Source: an uncultured Selenomonadales bacterium (GTDB taxonomy: Bacteria; Bacillota; Clostridia; Christensenellales; QALW01). Taken from it: 64,000 bases of DNA. Where the stretch lies: contig CAJKLB010000009.1 in assembly GCA_905200615.1 (NCBI GenBank), forward strand, positions 2,143 through 66,142, read 5' to 3'. The position numbers and the translations under genes are program-made. The notes under the pieces were generated by a model. It was not told the DNA's origin, did not search any database, and saw only the letters and a program-made list of their open reading frames with translations. Shown in pieces: positions 30,522 through 39,906 of the stretch; the stretch's first letter is position 1; the number at the start of each line of letters is the position of its first letter.

Positions 30522-31292
30522 TTGATCACAGGGGATTATCATACGCACGGCAGTTTCAGCCATGGCAAGGGCAGCGCAATGGAAAATGCGAAAGAAGCGC
30601 ATCTTAAACAGTTAAAAAGTATTGCCATTACGGAACATGGTATGTACACCCTGATCGGCGGGCTGCGGGCAAAACAGATAGAGAAAGCGCGTGCGGAAAT
30701 CGCCGACGCCCATCAAAAGTATCCCGATATAAAAATTTATTTCGGCATTGAAGCCAACTTGATTTCTCCGGAAGGAGACATTGATATTCCGGATGCCTTT
30801 AAAAATGAGTTTGAGATGGTTTTACTGGGCCTGCATTATTTTATAAAAGGAACCGGACTTAGAAATATCGCAAATATTATATGGAAAAACTTGTTCAGAA
30901 AATTTATTCGGCAAAAAAATAAGCTTTGCCAAATGAATACGCAAGCCCTGATCAAAGCAATGCATAAATATGATATTGACGCCCTGGCACATTTAGGGAC
31001 AAGCATGCCCGATTACGATATTATGGCCGTGGCTAAGGCGGCGGAAGAAACCGATACCTGTATTGAACTGAACAATAAACACTGTTCTCTTTCTGTAGAG
31101 CAGTTAAAACAGCTGGCGGAGACGAATGTTAAATTTTTATTAAATTCAGATGCTCACGAACCCAAGGATGTAGGAATGACGGAACAGGCTGAGGCACTTG
31201 CAAGAGAAGCCGGCATTCGGGTGGAAAATATTTTGAATCTTGCGCCAAATGAATATATTCCCAAACGCTTACGAGGAGGGGGGCAAGTATGA
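30522..31292 (+). CDS. PHP-domain metal-dependent phosphoesterase
   Basis: TTG start. Has GDYHTHGSFSHG and C-terminal NSDAHEP, which are PHP motifs. Confidence 0.75.
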   Translation: MITGDYHTHGSFSHGKGSAMENAKEAHLKQLKSIAITEHGMYTLIGGLRAKQIEKARAEIADAHQKYPDIKIYFGIEANLISPEGDIDIPDAFKNEFEMVLLGLHYFIKGTGLRNIANIIWKNLFRKFIRQKNKLCQMNTQALIKAMHKYDIDALAHLGTSMPDYDIMAVAKAAEETDTCIELNNKHCSLSVEQLKQLAETNVKFLLNSDAHEPKDVGMTEQAEALAREAGIRVENILNLAPNEYIPKRLRGGGQV

Positions 31293-32176
31293 AATTTGTT
31301 ATTGTTACCGGAATTTCCGGTGCCGGAAAAACCACGGCGCTGAAAGCATTGGAAAATATGGGCTTCTTTTGTGTGGACAACTTGCCCAGTATTTTGCTCA
31401 CAAAATTTGCAGACCTTTGTTTTCAGGGAAATACTGAATTTTCAAAAGTTGCTGTAGGCATTGATGTGCGCGGAAGAGAATTTTTCGGGCAGTTGGAGCA
31501 AGCGATCGATTATATGGATAAAAACAATTATATGGTGGATATCTTGTTTCTTTCCTGCGATCGGGATGTTTTAGTAAACCGATATAATTTTACACGGCAC
31601 GTGCATCCGCTTGCTCAAGAAGGAACAATTCTTGAATGTATTGAAAAAGAAGAGCAAATTCTTGCTCCGATAAAAAAGCATGCTACCTTTATGCTGGATA
31701 CCTCAAAAATGCAGCCTAAGCATATTAAATTGGCGCTTGAACGGCTATATAAAGAAAGTAAATCGGATATGGTTAAAGTATATATCACTTCCTTTGGCTT
31801 CAAGCGCGGCATTCCTACCGATGCAGACTTTATTTTTGACGCGCGTTATCTGCCCAATCCGTATAATATAACGGAACTCAGACCTCACAGCGGATTAGAA
31901 GCCTGTGTTTTGCAATATTTAAACGGCTGTGAGGATTTTAACAAAACAGTCGATATGATTTATACTTCTCTTCATTATATGATTCCCTTGTATCATAATT
32001 CCGGCAAGCAGGAAATGCTTTATGCCATAGGCTGTACCGGAGGATTTCATCGCTCTGTTGCTTTAGCAGAAGCTGTTTCTCAAAAATTAAAAGCTGATGG
32101 TTTTGATATTATCTGCGAGCACCGTGATTTGAGCATAGAGGGCGGACAGGAAAAATGGAAAAATCATTCACTGTGA
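31289..32176 (+). CDS. rapZ: RNase adapter / nucleotide-binding protein RapZ (YvcJ)
   Basis: MKFVIVTGISGAGKTTALKALE P-loop, and CTGGFHRSVA near the C-terminus. Confidence 0.92.
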   Translation: MKFVIVTGISGAGKTTALKALENMGFFCVDNLPSILLTKFADLCFQGNTEFSKVAVGIDVRGREFFGQLEQAIDYMDKNNYMVDILFLSCDRDVLVNRYNFTRHVHPLAQEGTILECIEKEEQILAPIKKHATFMLDTSKMQPKHIKLALERLYKESKSDMVKVYITSFGFKRGIPTDADFIFDARYLPNPYNITELRPHSGLEACVLQYLNGCEDFNKTVDMIYTSLHYMIPLYHNSGKQEMLYAIGCTGGFHRSVALAEAVSQKLKADGFDIICEHRDLSIEGGQEKWKNHSL

Positions 32177-33099
32177 TGACGCGGCTGGAAGCCGCAAAGG
32201 TGAAATTCGGAAAAGTTCCGCTTCTTTTGGCGGAACTTGCGGCATATGCGTTTTCCTGCGGGAATATAAAATTAGGCAGGGGAGAACTCTCCTTGGAACT
32301 TTCCAGTGAATTAGAAGAAATTGCGCGCCGGATTTCCGCCTTAATCCGGCGTCTATATACACACGCGCCGGAGATTCGCGTGATTGAAAAAAGTCAGCCT
32401 AAAAAACATACCTGTTTTTTGATGGAAATCTCCCCCAATACTCCGGAAGGACAATTGCTGTTTGATATCGGATTGCTGGAAGGAACAAACGAAAATTACA
32501 GTTTTGGAAATTTAAATCTTTCGATATTTGAAACGGCGGATTGCTTTGATGCCGTTTTGCGCGGTGCTTTTTTAGGCTGCGGCATACTTTATGACCCTAA
32601 CAAAGAATATCGGCTGGAATTTGTGCTTGCGCATGATTCTTTTGCCGAATATTTGTTAGAATCTATGCTTGCGCGGGGATTTCAGGCCAAAATGACCCGG
32701 CGCAGGGAACGTCATGTGGTATACGTAAAACAAATAGAAAATATTTCGGACATTCTGGTATGGATCGGTGCCAGAAATATGATGCTGGATATGGAGAATA
32801 TCCGAGTTTATAAAGATGTAAAAAACATGATTAACCGAAGTGATAATTGCATTATCGGTAATATGGGAAAAACCATCACGGCCGCACAGAAACAGTTAGC
32901 GGATATTTTAACAATACAGCAAGCAGGGTATCCTCTTTCGCCTTCTTTAAAAGAGGCCTGTGAACTGCGACAGGACCATCCGGATTCTTCTTTAACGGAG
33001 CTGGCAATGCTGAGCGGCGAAACTACAAAATCAGCTTTGAATAAGCGCTTTATTAAACTGCATGAAATTGCCTCATCTTTAACGGAAAGGAAAATGTAA
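32155..33099 (+). CDS. whiA: Sporulation/cell-division regulator WhiA
   Basis: 314 aa with LRGAFLGCG (LAGLIDADG-like) and a C-terminal HTH. It overlaps rapZ by 22 nt. Confidence 0.9.
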   Translation: MEKSFTVMTRLEAAKVKFGKVPLLLAELAAYAFSCGNIKLGRGELSLELSSELEEIARRISALIRRLYTHAPEIRVIEKSQPKKHTCFLMEISPNTPEGQLLFDIGLLEGTNENYSFGNLNLSIFETADCFDAVLRGAFLGCGILYDPNKEYRLEFVLAHDSFAEYLLESMLARGFQAKMTRRRERHVVYVKQIENISDILVWIGARNMMLDMENIRVYKDVKNMINRSDNCIIGNMGKTITAAQKQLADILTIQQAGYPLSPSLKEACELRQDHPDSSLTELAMLSGETTKSALNKRFIKLHEIASSLTERKM

Positions 33100-33100
33100 A

Positions 33101-33349
33101 ATGAAAAAAGAGACGCTTACCATTACCAATGTACATATCTCGCCTGAGGAAATCAGCCATCTTTGCGAAAAACTTTCCAAACTTGACTGCAGAATATATA
33201 TTGAAGTTGAAAATCAGCGCATCAATGGAAAAAGTGTTATGGGAATGCTCTCCTTTCGCGTGGAAAAGGGACGGCCGATTCAGGTTCTTGCCGAGGGAAA
33301 AGAGGAAAGCGCCGCAATATCAATGATAAAAGGATTATTTGCAAAATAA
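33101..33349 (+). CDS. HPr-family phosphocarrier-like protein (Crh/HPr-like)
   Basis: 82 aa. Ser46-type motif NGKSVMGMLSF. The His region reads VHISPEE instead of GxHARPA. Confidence 0.75.
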   Translation: MKKETLTITNVHISPEEISHLCEKLSKLDCRIYIEVENQRINGKSVMGMLSFRVEKGRPIQVLAEGKEESAAISMIKGLFAK

Positions 33350-36300
33350 TGGGATTTGTTCATCTTCACACACATACGGAATACAGTCTGCTTGACGGCG
33401 CGTCCCGAATCGATGAATTGGTAAAAGCCGCGGCTGACGCCGGTATGAGCGCGCTTGCCATTACCGATCACGGTGTAATGTACGGTGCGGTTGAATTTTA
33501 TAAAGCGGCGCATAAATATGGAATTCAGCCGATTATCGGATGTGAGGTCTATGTCGCGCCGCGAAGCCGCTTTCAGAAAGAAGGGCGGGCGGATAAGGAA
33601 TACGCGCATTTGATTTTACTTGCGAAAAATAAAGCCGGTTATCAAAATTTAATCAAGTTAGTTTCCGCGGGATTTACCGAAGGATATTATTATAAACCCC
33701 GAATTGATTATGATTTATTAAGTGAGCACGCAGAGGGATTGATTTGCCTTTCTGCCTGTATCGCGGGCGATATTCCGCAATATCTTTTGAACGGCAATTA
33801 TGAAGAAGCCGTAAAACTGGCAACAAGATTAAAACAAATGTTTCCCGAAAATTTTTATATTGAGCTTCAGGATCACGGTATTGCCGCGCAAAAGCAAGTA
33901 CTTCCGTTATTAATTAAGCTGGCACGGGAGCTGGAACTGCCGGTTGTTGCGACAAATGATATTCACTATGTGCATAAAGAAGATGCACAAATGCATGATA
34001 CGCTTTTGTGCATACAAACAGGAAAAACTCTGGATGATCCGGACAGAATGCGCTTTGAAACCGAAGAATTCTATCTGAAAACCGAAGAAGAAATGCAGGC
34101 TGTGTTTTCCTTTATACCCGAAGCGATTCAAAATACGGCTCTTGTGGCTGAAAAATGCAGCTTTGAATTTGAATTCGGCAATATTCATATTCCTTATTAT
34201 GAAGTGCCCGATGGACTGACTGCGGCGGAATATCTTTATAAATTAGGCATAGAAGGACTTAAAAAAAATTATTCGGAGATAACTCCGGAACTGAAAGAAC
34301 GCTTTGAATATGAATTTGATATGATCAAGCGTATGGGGTATGTGGAGTATTACCTTATCGTATGGGATTATATCAATTATGCGAAAAGTGTTGATATCGT
34401 TGTGGGTCCCGGCCGCGGCAGTGGTGCAGGCAGTCTTGTAGCCTATGCTATCGGCATTACCAATATTGATCCGTTAAAATACAATTTGCTCTTTGAGCGT
34501 TTTTTGAATCCGGAACGGGTAAGTATGCCCGACTTTGACGTGGATTTTTGCTTTGAACGCAGAGGCGAGGTTATTGAATACGTAAAACGCAAGTACGGCG
34601 CGGATCATGTTGCACAAATTGTTACTTTCGGTACAATGAAAGCTCGAGCAGTGATCCGCGACGTTGGGCGGGTTATGAATATGCCTTACGCGGAGGTAGA
34701 CAAAATCGCCAAAATGATTCCCCGGGAACTCGGCGTTACGATTGATCGTGCGTTAGAGGTGAATCCTGAACTTCGCCAGGCTTGTAGTGACCCGCAGGTT
34801 GAAAGCTTGATCCGGATGGCTAAGCATTTGGAGGGGTTACCGAGAAACGCTTCCACTCACGCTGCAGGCGTAGTGATTTCCAAAGAACCGGTAAATGCTT
34901 ACGTACCGCTTTGCGTGAACGGGGACATGACGGCTACACAATATGTGGCCAAATATCTGGAACAGCTCGGCTTGCTGAAAATGGATTTTCTCGGGCTGCG
35001 TACGCTCACCGTAATTCGAGATACCTTGGATTTTGTGCAGGAACGTACGGGAAAGCGGCTGAATCTTTCTCAGATCGGCTTTGATGATGAAAATGTTTTT
35101 AAATTAATCGGTCAGGGAGACTGTGACGGAATCTTTCAGCTGGAAAGCAATGGAATGCGGTCCTTTATGAAAGAGCTGAAGCCTTCTTGTTTTGAAGATA
35201 TTGTAGCTGGAATCGCGCTGTATCGTCCGGGGCCGATGGAGAGTATTCCTAAATATATTTTTGGGAAAAATAATCCCGATAAAGTAGAATACCAACATCC
35301 CATTATGAAAAACGTGTTGGATGTTACTTATGGCTGCATGGTCTATCAGGAACAGGTTATGCAAATTGTGCGTGATGTAGCCGGTTACTCTTTAGGGCGA
35401 AGCGATATTATGCGCAGAGCGATGAGTAAAAAAGACCGAAAAGCCATGGATGTGGAACGTCAGGTCTTTATATACGGCCTGCAGGAAAACGGTAAAACGA
35501 TCGTTGAGGGCGCAATCAAACGAGGAATTGATGAGAAAACAGCGATAGAAATCTTTGATAAAATCGCGGCTTTTGCCGAATATGCTTTTAATAAATCCCA
35601 TGCGGCGGCTTATGCGGTAGTTGCCTATCAAACGGCATACCTAAAATGTTATTATCCCTTGGAGTTTATGGCGGCTATGCTCAACAGTCTTCTGGGGAAC
35701 GAAGCACAGACGGCACGTTATATCGGCTATTGCCGTGAGCACGGGATTCAGGTACTGCCGCCGGATGTCAATACAAGCGTTTCGGGTTTTTCTCCCGTAA
35801 AAGGAGAAAATGCTATACGCTTTGGATTGAGCGCTGTAAAAAATGTTGGGATTCCCGGCGTAAAAGCAATTGTAAATGAGCGTAAAACAAACGGAAATTT
35901 TACTTCACTGGATGATTTTGCGCAGCGTACGACGGGGATTGGTGAAGTAAATAAGCGAATGGTAGAAAGCCTGATTAAAGCCGGCGCTTTTGATTTTACG
36001 GGTTTCAGCCGCAAAAGCCTGTTAAACGGATATGAAGCGGTGCTTGACGGGGCGGCTACCCGCAGCAAAAACAGTCTGGCAGGCCAATTTTCACTGTTTG
36101 ATGATCTTACAATCCGCCAAGAAGTACAGATGCAGACCATAAAAGAGATTGGAGAGTATCCCAAACTGCAGCTTTTAATGATGGAAAAAGAGATGCTCGG
36201 CGTATATTTAAGCGGGCATCCGCTGGAACGATATCGGCAGCAGATTAAAAAAACAGGCTTTGATCTTTCACGCATTATTGTGGAAACGGATGAAAATGGG

Positions 36301-36825
36301 GAAAGTATCGTTAATGATGATCTTCTTGCAATGGATAATAAAGAGATTCATTTTATCGGTATCATCAGCTCTGTACGGAAAAAAGCTACAAAAAGCGGAT
36401 CAATGATGGCTTTTTTAACGATAGAAGATTTATATTCCAGCATAACGGCGCTGATTTTTCCCGCGGCACTCGCGAAATTCAGTTCTGCTATTTATGAAGA
36501 TGCTATTGTACTGATAACCGGTAAATTAAGTGTGCGCGATGAGGATCAGCCTACGGTATTGGTGAATGCAATTACTTTAGTCGATGAAGACAGTGAAGAA
36601 GAAAACCTTTCGGTTTTCATTCGAATTACGGATAATAATAAAGAACAACTCTCGGTTTTGAAACAACTGCTTCCTGATATAAAAGGAAAAGCCTCAGTGA
36701 TTCTTTATTACGAGAAAGAACGAATGAAACAGCAACTTACCGATAAAATTTCATATCAGGATGATATAATTATGAAATTAAATGATATATTTGGAACCGA
36801 AAACGTAAAAATAATAAAAAAGTAA
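33349..36825 (+). CDS. dnaE: DNA polymerase III alpha subunit
   Basis: 1158 aa with PHP N-terminus FVHLHTHTEYSLLDG, polymerase core PDFDVDF, and an OB-fold C-terminus. Confidence 0.95.
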   Translation: MGFVHLHTHTEYSLLDGASRIDELVKAAADAGMSALAITDHGVMYGAVEFYKAAHKYGIQPIIGCEVYVAPRSRFQKEGRADKEYAHLILLAKNKAGYQNLIKLVSAGFTEGYYYKPRIDYDLLSEHAEGLICLSACIAGDIPQYLLNGNYEEAVKLATRLKQMFPENFYIELQDHGIAAQKQVLPLLIKLARELELPVVATNDIHYVHKEDAQMHDTLLCIQTGKTLDDPDRMRFETEEFYLKTEEEMQAVFSFIPEAIQNTALVAEKCSFEFEFGNIHIPYYEVPDGLTAAEYLYKLGIEGLKKNYSEITPELKERFEYEFDMIKRMGYVEYYLIVWDYINYAKSVDIVVGPGRGSGAGSLVAYAIGITNIDPLKYNLLFERFLNPERVSMPDFDVDFCFERRGEVIEYVKRKYGADHVAQIVTFGTMKARAVIRDVGRVMNMPYAEVDKIAKMIPRELGVTIDRALEVNPELRQACSDPQVESLIRMAKHLEGLPRNASTHAAGVVISKEPVNAYVPLCVNGDMTATQYVAKYLEQLGLLKMDFLGLRTLTVIRDTLDFVQERTGKRLNLSQIGFDDENVFKLIGQGDCDGIFQLESNGMRSFMKELKPSCFEDIVAGIALYRPGPMESIPKYIFGKNNPDKVEYQHPIMKNVLDVTYGCMVYQEQVMQIVRDVAGYSLGRSDIMRRAMSKKDRKAMDVERQVFIYGLQENGKTIVEGAIKRGIDEKTAIEIFDKIAAFAEYAFNKSHAAAYAVVAYQTAYLKCYYPLEFMAAMLNSLLGNEAQTARYIGYCREHGIQVLPPDVNTSVSGFSPVKGENAIRFGLSAVKNVGIPGVKAIVNERKTNGNFTSLDDFAQRTTGIGEVNKRMVESLIKAGAFDFTGFSRKSLLNGYEAVLDGAATRSKNSLAGQFSLFDDLTIRQEVQMQTIKEIGEYPKLQLLMMEKEMLGVYLSGHPLERYRQQIKKTGFDLSRIIVETDENGESIVNDDLLAMDNKEIHFIGIISSVRKKATKSGSMMAFLTIEDLYSSITALIFPAALAKFSSAIYEDAIVLITGKLSVRDEDQPTVLVNAITLVDEDSEEENLSVFIRITDNNKEQLSVLKQLLPDIKGKASVILYYEKERMKQQLTDKISYQDDIIMKLNDIFGTENVKIIKK

Positions 36826-36835
36826 TTTAAAATAC

Positions 36836-36864
36836 TGGTCAAAAAGTTATTAAAATGATATAAT
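36836..36864 (+). promoter_or_regulatory. Predicted pfkA promoter
   Basis: TGGTCA (36836-36841), 17-nt spacer, TGaTATAAT (TATAAT 36859-36864). Confidence 0.45.
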
Positions 36865-36906
36865 AAATCGATTTTGTTATACTGCTAGTATAAGGAGATA
36901 GTTACG

Positions 36907-37872
36907 ATGGAAAAGAAAAGAATTGCAGTACTTACCAGCGGGGGGGATGCTCCCGGTATGAATGCTTGTATCCGCTCAGTAGTTCGTAACGGAATTTATT
37001 ACGGCTTTGATATGGTAGGAGTGATCAAGGGATATAACGGATTGATTACAAATGAGATGATTTCCATGGACAACCGTTCGGTAGGCAATATTATCAACCG
37101 GGGTGGAACCATTCTGCGCACGGCACGATGCTTGGAATTTAAAACCGAAGAAGGCATGAATACGGCGCTGGAGAATATTAAGAAAAACAATATTTGCGGT
37201 GTAGTAGTAATCGGCGGAGATGGTTCTTTCCGTGGCTGTCGTGATCTTACCCAAAGAGGGGTACCGGCAATCGGTATTCCCGGTACCATTGATAATGACC
37301 TTGCCTATACGGATTTTACACTTGGATTTGACACCGCTGTCAATACCGCTCTGGAGGCAATTACTAAAATCCGTGATACGATGGCCAGTCATGACAGAGT
37401 CAGCATTATTGAGGTGATGGGCAATAAATGCGGTGATATTGCACTGTATTCCGGACTCTGCGGCGGTGCGGAATATATTATTGTTCCGGAGATGGAATGG
37501 AGTTTCGAAGCACTGTGCGATAAACTGGAAAACAGCAAAAAAAGCGGAAAAACGTCCAGCATTGTTGTCGTTGCGGAAGGTGCGGCAAAAGGCAACACGC
37601 TTGCGGCAGAAATTAAAAAACGAACAACAATGGATACTCGCACTACGGTTTTAGGATATATCCAGCGGGGCGGTTCGCCCAGCGCAAACGACGTTTTGCT
37701 CGCCAGCCGTTTCGGCGCTCACGCAATTGAATTAATTGCTAAGGGAATCGGAGGAAGAGTGGTTGGTATAAAAAGCAATAAAATATTTGATATGGATATT
37801 TTAGAAGCCTGTTCCATGAAAAAACAAATTGATAAAGAACTTTTTGATATCGCAGAAATACTTTCAAAATAA
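36907..37872 (+). CDS. pfkA: ATP-dependent 6-phosphofructokinase
   Basis: Motifs RIAVLTSGGDAPGMNA, GGDGS and PGTIDND. Confidence 0.95.
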   Translation: MEKKRIAVLTSGGDAPGMNACIRSVVRNGIYYGFDMVGVIKGYNGLITNEMISMDNRSVGNIINRGGTILRTARCLEFKTEEGMNTALENIKKNNICGVVVIGGDGSFRGCRDLTQRGVPAIGIPGTIDNDLAYTDFTLGFDTAVNTALEAITKIRDTMASHDRVSIIEVMGNKCGDIALYSGLCGGAEYIIVPEMEWSFEALCDKLENSKKSGKTSSIVVVAEGAAKGNTLAAEIKKRTTMDTRTTVLGYIQRGGSPSANDVLLASRFGAHAIELIAKGIGGRVVGIKSNKIFDMDILEACSMKKQIDKELFDIAEILSK

Positions 37873-37881
37873 GAGGTAATT

Positions 37882-38886
37882 ATGAAACTGATTATAGACG
37901 CGATGGGCGGCGATCACGCACCGGCAGAGATTATCAAAGGTACTGTGGAGATGCTTACCCGAAGGGATGATTTTTCGGTAATTTTAACCGGGCCGGAAGC
38001 GGTTATCCGCGCGGAACTTGAAAAATATCCTTATCCGCACGAAAGAACAGAGATTGTGGATGCTCCGGAACTGATATCTATGGATGAGCATCCCGTAGAA
38101 GCAATTCGTAAAAAGAGAAATTCTTCTATGGTTGTGGGACAGTTGCTGTTAAAAGAAAAAAAGGGGGACGCCTTTATTACCTGCGGTTCCACGGGCGCTT
38201 GTTTGGCTTGTGCACAGCTTCGGGTAGGCCGCATAAAAGGTATTCTTCGCCCGGCATTGGCACCGGTATTGCCAAATAAGAACAAAGGTGCGCTTTTGAT
38301 TGATTGCGGCGCGAATATGGATTGCAAACCGATGAATTTGGCACAGTTTGCCGTAATGGGTAGCATTTATATGGAAAAAGTAGTAGGAGTAGAAAACCCC
38401 CGCGTTGGACTTGCCAGCGTCGGAGTAGAAGACGGCAAGGGCAATGAACTTTCTAAAGCGGCGTTCGCGTTAATAAAAGAACAAAACCTGGTAAATTTCA
38501 TTGGCAATGCTGAAGGCCGTGATATTGTTGACCGCGTGGATGTGATGGTAGCGGACGGCTTTGTGGGAAATTTGATGCTCAAATCTATTGAAGGACTCGG
38601 CGGCTATCTGTTTGATAAGATGAAAACCAGTTTTACCGCGTCTTTTCGATCTAAAATCGGCGCGCAGTTATTAAGACCCGCGCTCAGAGACCTCAAAAAA
38701 TCATTGGATTATAACGCTTACGGCGGCGCACCGCTTTTAGGAATTGACGGAGTCGTCATTAAGGGGCATGGTTCATCCACGGCAAAAACCATGTGTGCGA
38801 CGATTGCTCAGGCAATTACAATGGTTCAAACGGATATTGTAGGAATTATTAAAGAAAATATTCCCGCGATGACCGCTCAAGAATAA
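37882..38886 (+). CDS. plsX: Phosphate acyltransferase PlsX
   Basis: Motifs IIDAMGGDHAP and VADGFVGN. Confidence 0.93.
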   Translation: MKLIIDAMGGDHAPAEIIKGTVEMLTRRDDFSVILTGPEAVIRAELEKYPYPHERTEIVDAPELISMDEHPVEAIRKKRNSSMVVGQLLLKEKKGDAFITCGSTGACLACAQLRVGRIKGILRPALAPVLPNKNKGALLIDCGANMDCKPMNLAQFAVMGSIYMEKVVGVENPRVGLASVGVEDGKGNELSKAAFALIKEQNLVNFIGNAEGRDIVDRVDVMVADGFVGNLMLKSIEGLGGYLFDKMKTSFTASFRSKIGAQLLRPALRDLKKSLDYNAYGGAPLLGIDGVVIKGHGSSTAKTMCATIAQAITMVQTDIVGIIKENIPAMTAQE

Positions 38887-38915
38887 AATGTTTTTATATT
38901 TTTTAGGAGGAAATT

Positions 38916-39140
38916 ATGTTTGAAGAAATTAAAAATCAAATCGCCGAACTTTTGAATGTGGAACCGGAAAAGGTTACAGCAGAAAGCAACCTGATAACAG
39001 ATTTGAAAGCCGATTCCATGGATATCGCGACTCTTTTGCTGGAACTGGAAGAAAAATACGGTATAGAAATCTCTGAATATGATATGGATTCCCTTCAAAC
39101 CGTAGGCGATATCGTCCAATATATTGAAACAAAAAAATAA
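38916..39140 (+). CDS. acpP: Acyl carrier protein
   Basis: 74 aa with phosphopantetheine site DLKADSMD. Confidence 0.93.
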   Translation: MFEEIKNQIAELLNVEPEKVTAESNLITDLKADSMDIATLLLELEEKYGIEISEYDMDSLQTVGDIVQYIETKK

Positions 39141-39165
39141 ATCTGCCTTATGGCTAAGAAAGTGA

Positions 39166-39204
39166 GCACAGGCCTTTTTCAATGATTTTGTAAAAGGCCT
39201 GTGC
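39166..39204 (+). promoter_or_regulatory. Strong stem-loop between acpP and rnc
   Basis: Perfect 13-nt arms GCACAGGCCTTTT / AAAAGGCCTGTGC with a 13-nt loop. There is only a weak T tract after it, and it ends 13 nt before the rnc ATG. Confidence 0.6.
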
Positions 39205-39217
39205 CTGTGCTGTTTAT

Positions 39218-39889
39218 ATGGATAATCATGTATTAGAACAAAAAATCAATTATATTTTTAAAGATAAAACATTGCTGCAATTGGCTCTTACGCACTGTTC
39301 CTTTTCTGTAGAACACGGCTTGGAAAACAATCAACGCCTTGAGTTTTTAGGGGATGCGGTACTAGAAGCGGTAATCAGCACGTTTATTTATCAAAAATTT
39401 CCCTCTTTTGACGAGGGAAAGCTGACACGGCTTCGAGCATCCATTGTATCGGAAGAACCTCTTGCCAACGCCGCGGAAGATATCGAGCTGAATGATTTTA
39501 TTTTACTGGGCGTAGGTGAAAAGGCCAGCGGAGGTGCCAACAAACCCAGCGTGCTTTCGGATACGATGGAGGCACTCTTTGCCGCGGTTTATCTTGACGG
39601 CGGATATTTTGCCGCCGAAACCGTGATATTGCACGTACTGAAAGAAGTAATCGCCGAAGCGAATGACCGTCCGTCTGACTATAAAACGGCGCTTCAGGAA
39701 TATCTTTTTAAAAAGGGTACCGTGAATATCGTCTATACCTTGCTGTCTACGGAGGGACCGCCGCATAACGCGGTGTTTGAGGCCGAAGTTTCCTGTAACG
39801 GCAAAACTCTTGGCCGCGGAAAAGGATCCAGTAAAAAACGTGCCGAACAGGCTGCTGCGAAAAAAGCGCTGGAAAAAATAAAAAAATAA
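39218..39889 (+). CDS. rnc: Ribonuclease III
   Basis: Signature RLEFLGDAVLE and a C-terminal dsRBD (GRGKGSSKKRAEQAAAKKAL). Confidence 0.95.
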   Translation: MDNHVLEQKINYIFKDKTLLQLALTHCSFSVEHGLENNQRLEFLGDAVLEAVISTFIYQKFPSFDEGKLTRLRASIVSEEPLANAAEDIELNDFILLGVGEKASGGANKPSVLSDTMEALFAAVYLDGGYFAAETVILHVLKEVIAEANDRPSDYKTALQEYLFKKGTVNIVYTLLSTEGPPHNAVFEAEVSCNGKTLGRGKGSSKKRAEQAAAKKALEKIKK

Positions 39890-39906
39890 ACGCCGTTGGA
39901 GGATAC

